From NCBI GenBank assembly GCA_963766715.1, contig CAVYBH010000012.1, positions 320,001 to 384,000 on the forward strand: 64,000 bases of DNA, read 5' to 3'. The notes beneath the pieces are model-generated. The model was not told the DNA's origin. It worked only from the letters and a program-made list of their open reading frames with translations, and ran no database searches. The position numbers and the translations under genes were made by a program. Each line of letters opens with the position of its first letter. The stretch's first letter is position 1. Origin of the DNA: an uncultured delta proteobacterium (GTDB taxonomy: Bacteria > Myxococcota > Myxococcia > Myxococcales > Anaeromyxobacteraceae). Of the stretch, positions 63,560-64,000 are shown piece after piece.

Positions 63560-64000
63560 CCGCCGCCCGGCGCGAGCGGACGGTCCTCCTCCTCGTCTCG
63601 GCGGTGCAGTTCGTCAACGTCCTCGACTTCATCATGGTGGTTCCGCTGGGTCCGGATTTCGCGTCCGCCCTCGGGATCCCCATGTCCCGCCTCGGTCTCG
63701 TCACCGGCAGCTACACCCTGGCGGCGGCGGTCGCCGGCGCGGTGGGGTCGAGCTTCCTGGACCGCTTCGATCGGCGCTCGGCGCTGGCCGTGGCGATGAC
63801 CGGCCTGGTGGCGGCGACCGCGGTCGGAGGGCTCGCCTCCGGGCTCGGAACGCTGCTCGCCGCCCGGGTGGCGGCGGGACTGTTCGGCGGCCCAGCCACC
63901 TCCCTCTCGTTCGCGATCGTCGCCGACACCGTTCCTCCCGAGCGGCGCGGCCGCGCCATGGGCGTCGTCATGGGGGCCTTCTCGGTGGCGTCCGTGCTCG
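63556..64000 (+). CDS. MFS transporter, N-terminal part (cut by the window end)
   Basis: GTGA overlap; QFVNVLDFIMVVPLGPDF, DRFDRR, AR..AGLFGGPA, D..PPERRGRAMG. Confidence 0.9.
   Translation, partial: MTAARRERTVLLLVSAVQFVNVLDFIMVVPLGPDFASALGIPMSRLGLVTGSYTLAAAVAGAVGSSFLDRFDRRSALAVAMTGLVAATAVGGLASGLGTLLAARVAAGLFGGPATSLSFAIVADTVPPERRGRAMGVVMGAFSVASVL

Overview
Very GC-rich bacterial chromosomal window, most likely from an Anaeromyxobacter-like member of the Myxococcota. That assignment is an inference from gene content (TIGR04563-like small protein, multiheme cytochrome, System II cytochrome c maturation genes) and codon style. About 56 densely packed protein genes are present: beta-oxidation (thiolase end, acyl-CoA dehydrogenase), two hybrid histidine kinases, cytochrome c maturation, prfC, a CDF transporter, DAHP synthase, a membrane-bound [NiFe]-hydrogenase, uup, gloA, glnS-YqeY, tapT, FKBP, fumA, leuC-leuD-cimA-leuB, a cold-shock protein, an EF-G paralogue, thiD, aguAB, ilvD, homocitrate synthase, pgi, ribA and a CarH-like regulator. 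I saw no rRNA, tRNA, CRISPR array, transposase or prophage. Roughly 30 apparent frameshifts, many in G/C homopolymers and several in housekeeping genes, look like long-read indel errors, so these genes are annotated as joined CDSs. The best candidate for an undescribed system is 47000-53599: a 1551-aa acyl-CoA ligase/helical/pseudokinase-like/GNAT fusion, coupled to a Thermus-type homocitrate synthase that appears to have lost both lysine-feedback acidic residues, and divergent from an acyl-ACP thioesterase. Also notable are an O2-tolerant-type (6-Cys) hydrogenase with an FNR box, a CarH-like B12 photoreceptor near a ribA/renalase/CIA30 cluster, and many apparently leaderless genes. Family assignments and reference residue numbers are recalled from memory, not from database searches.
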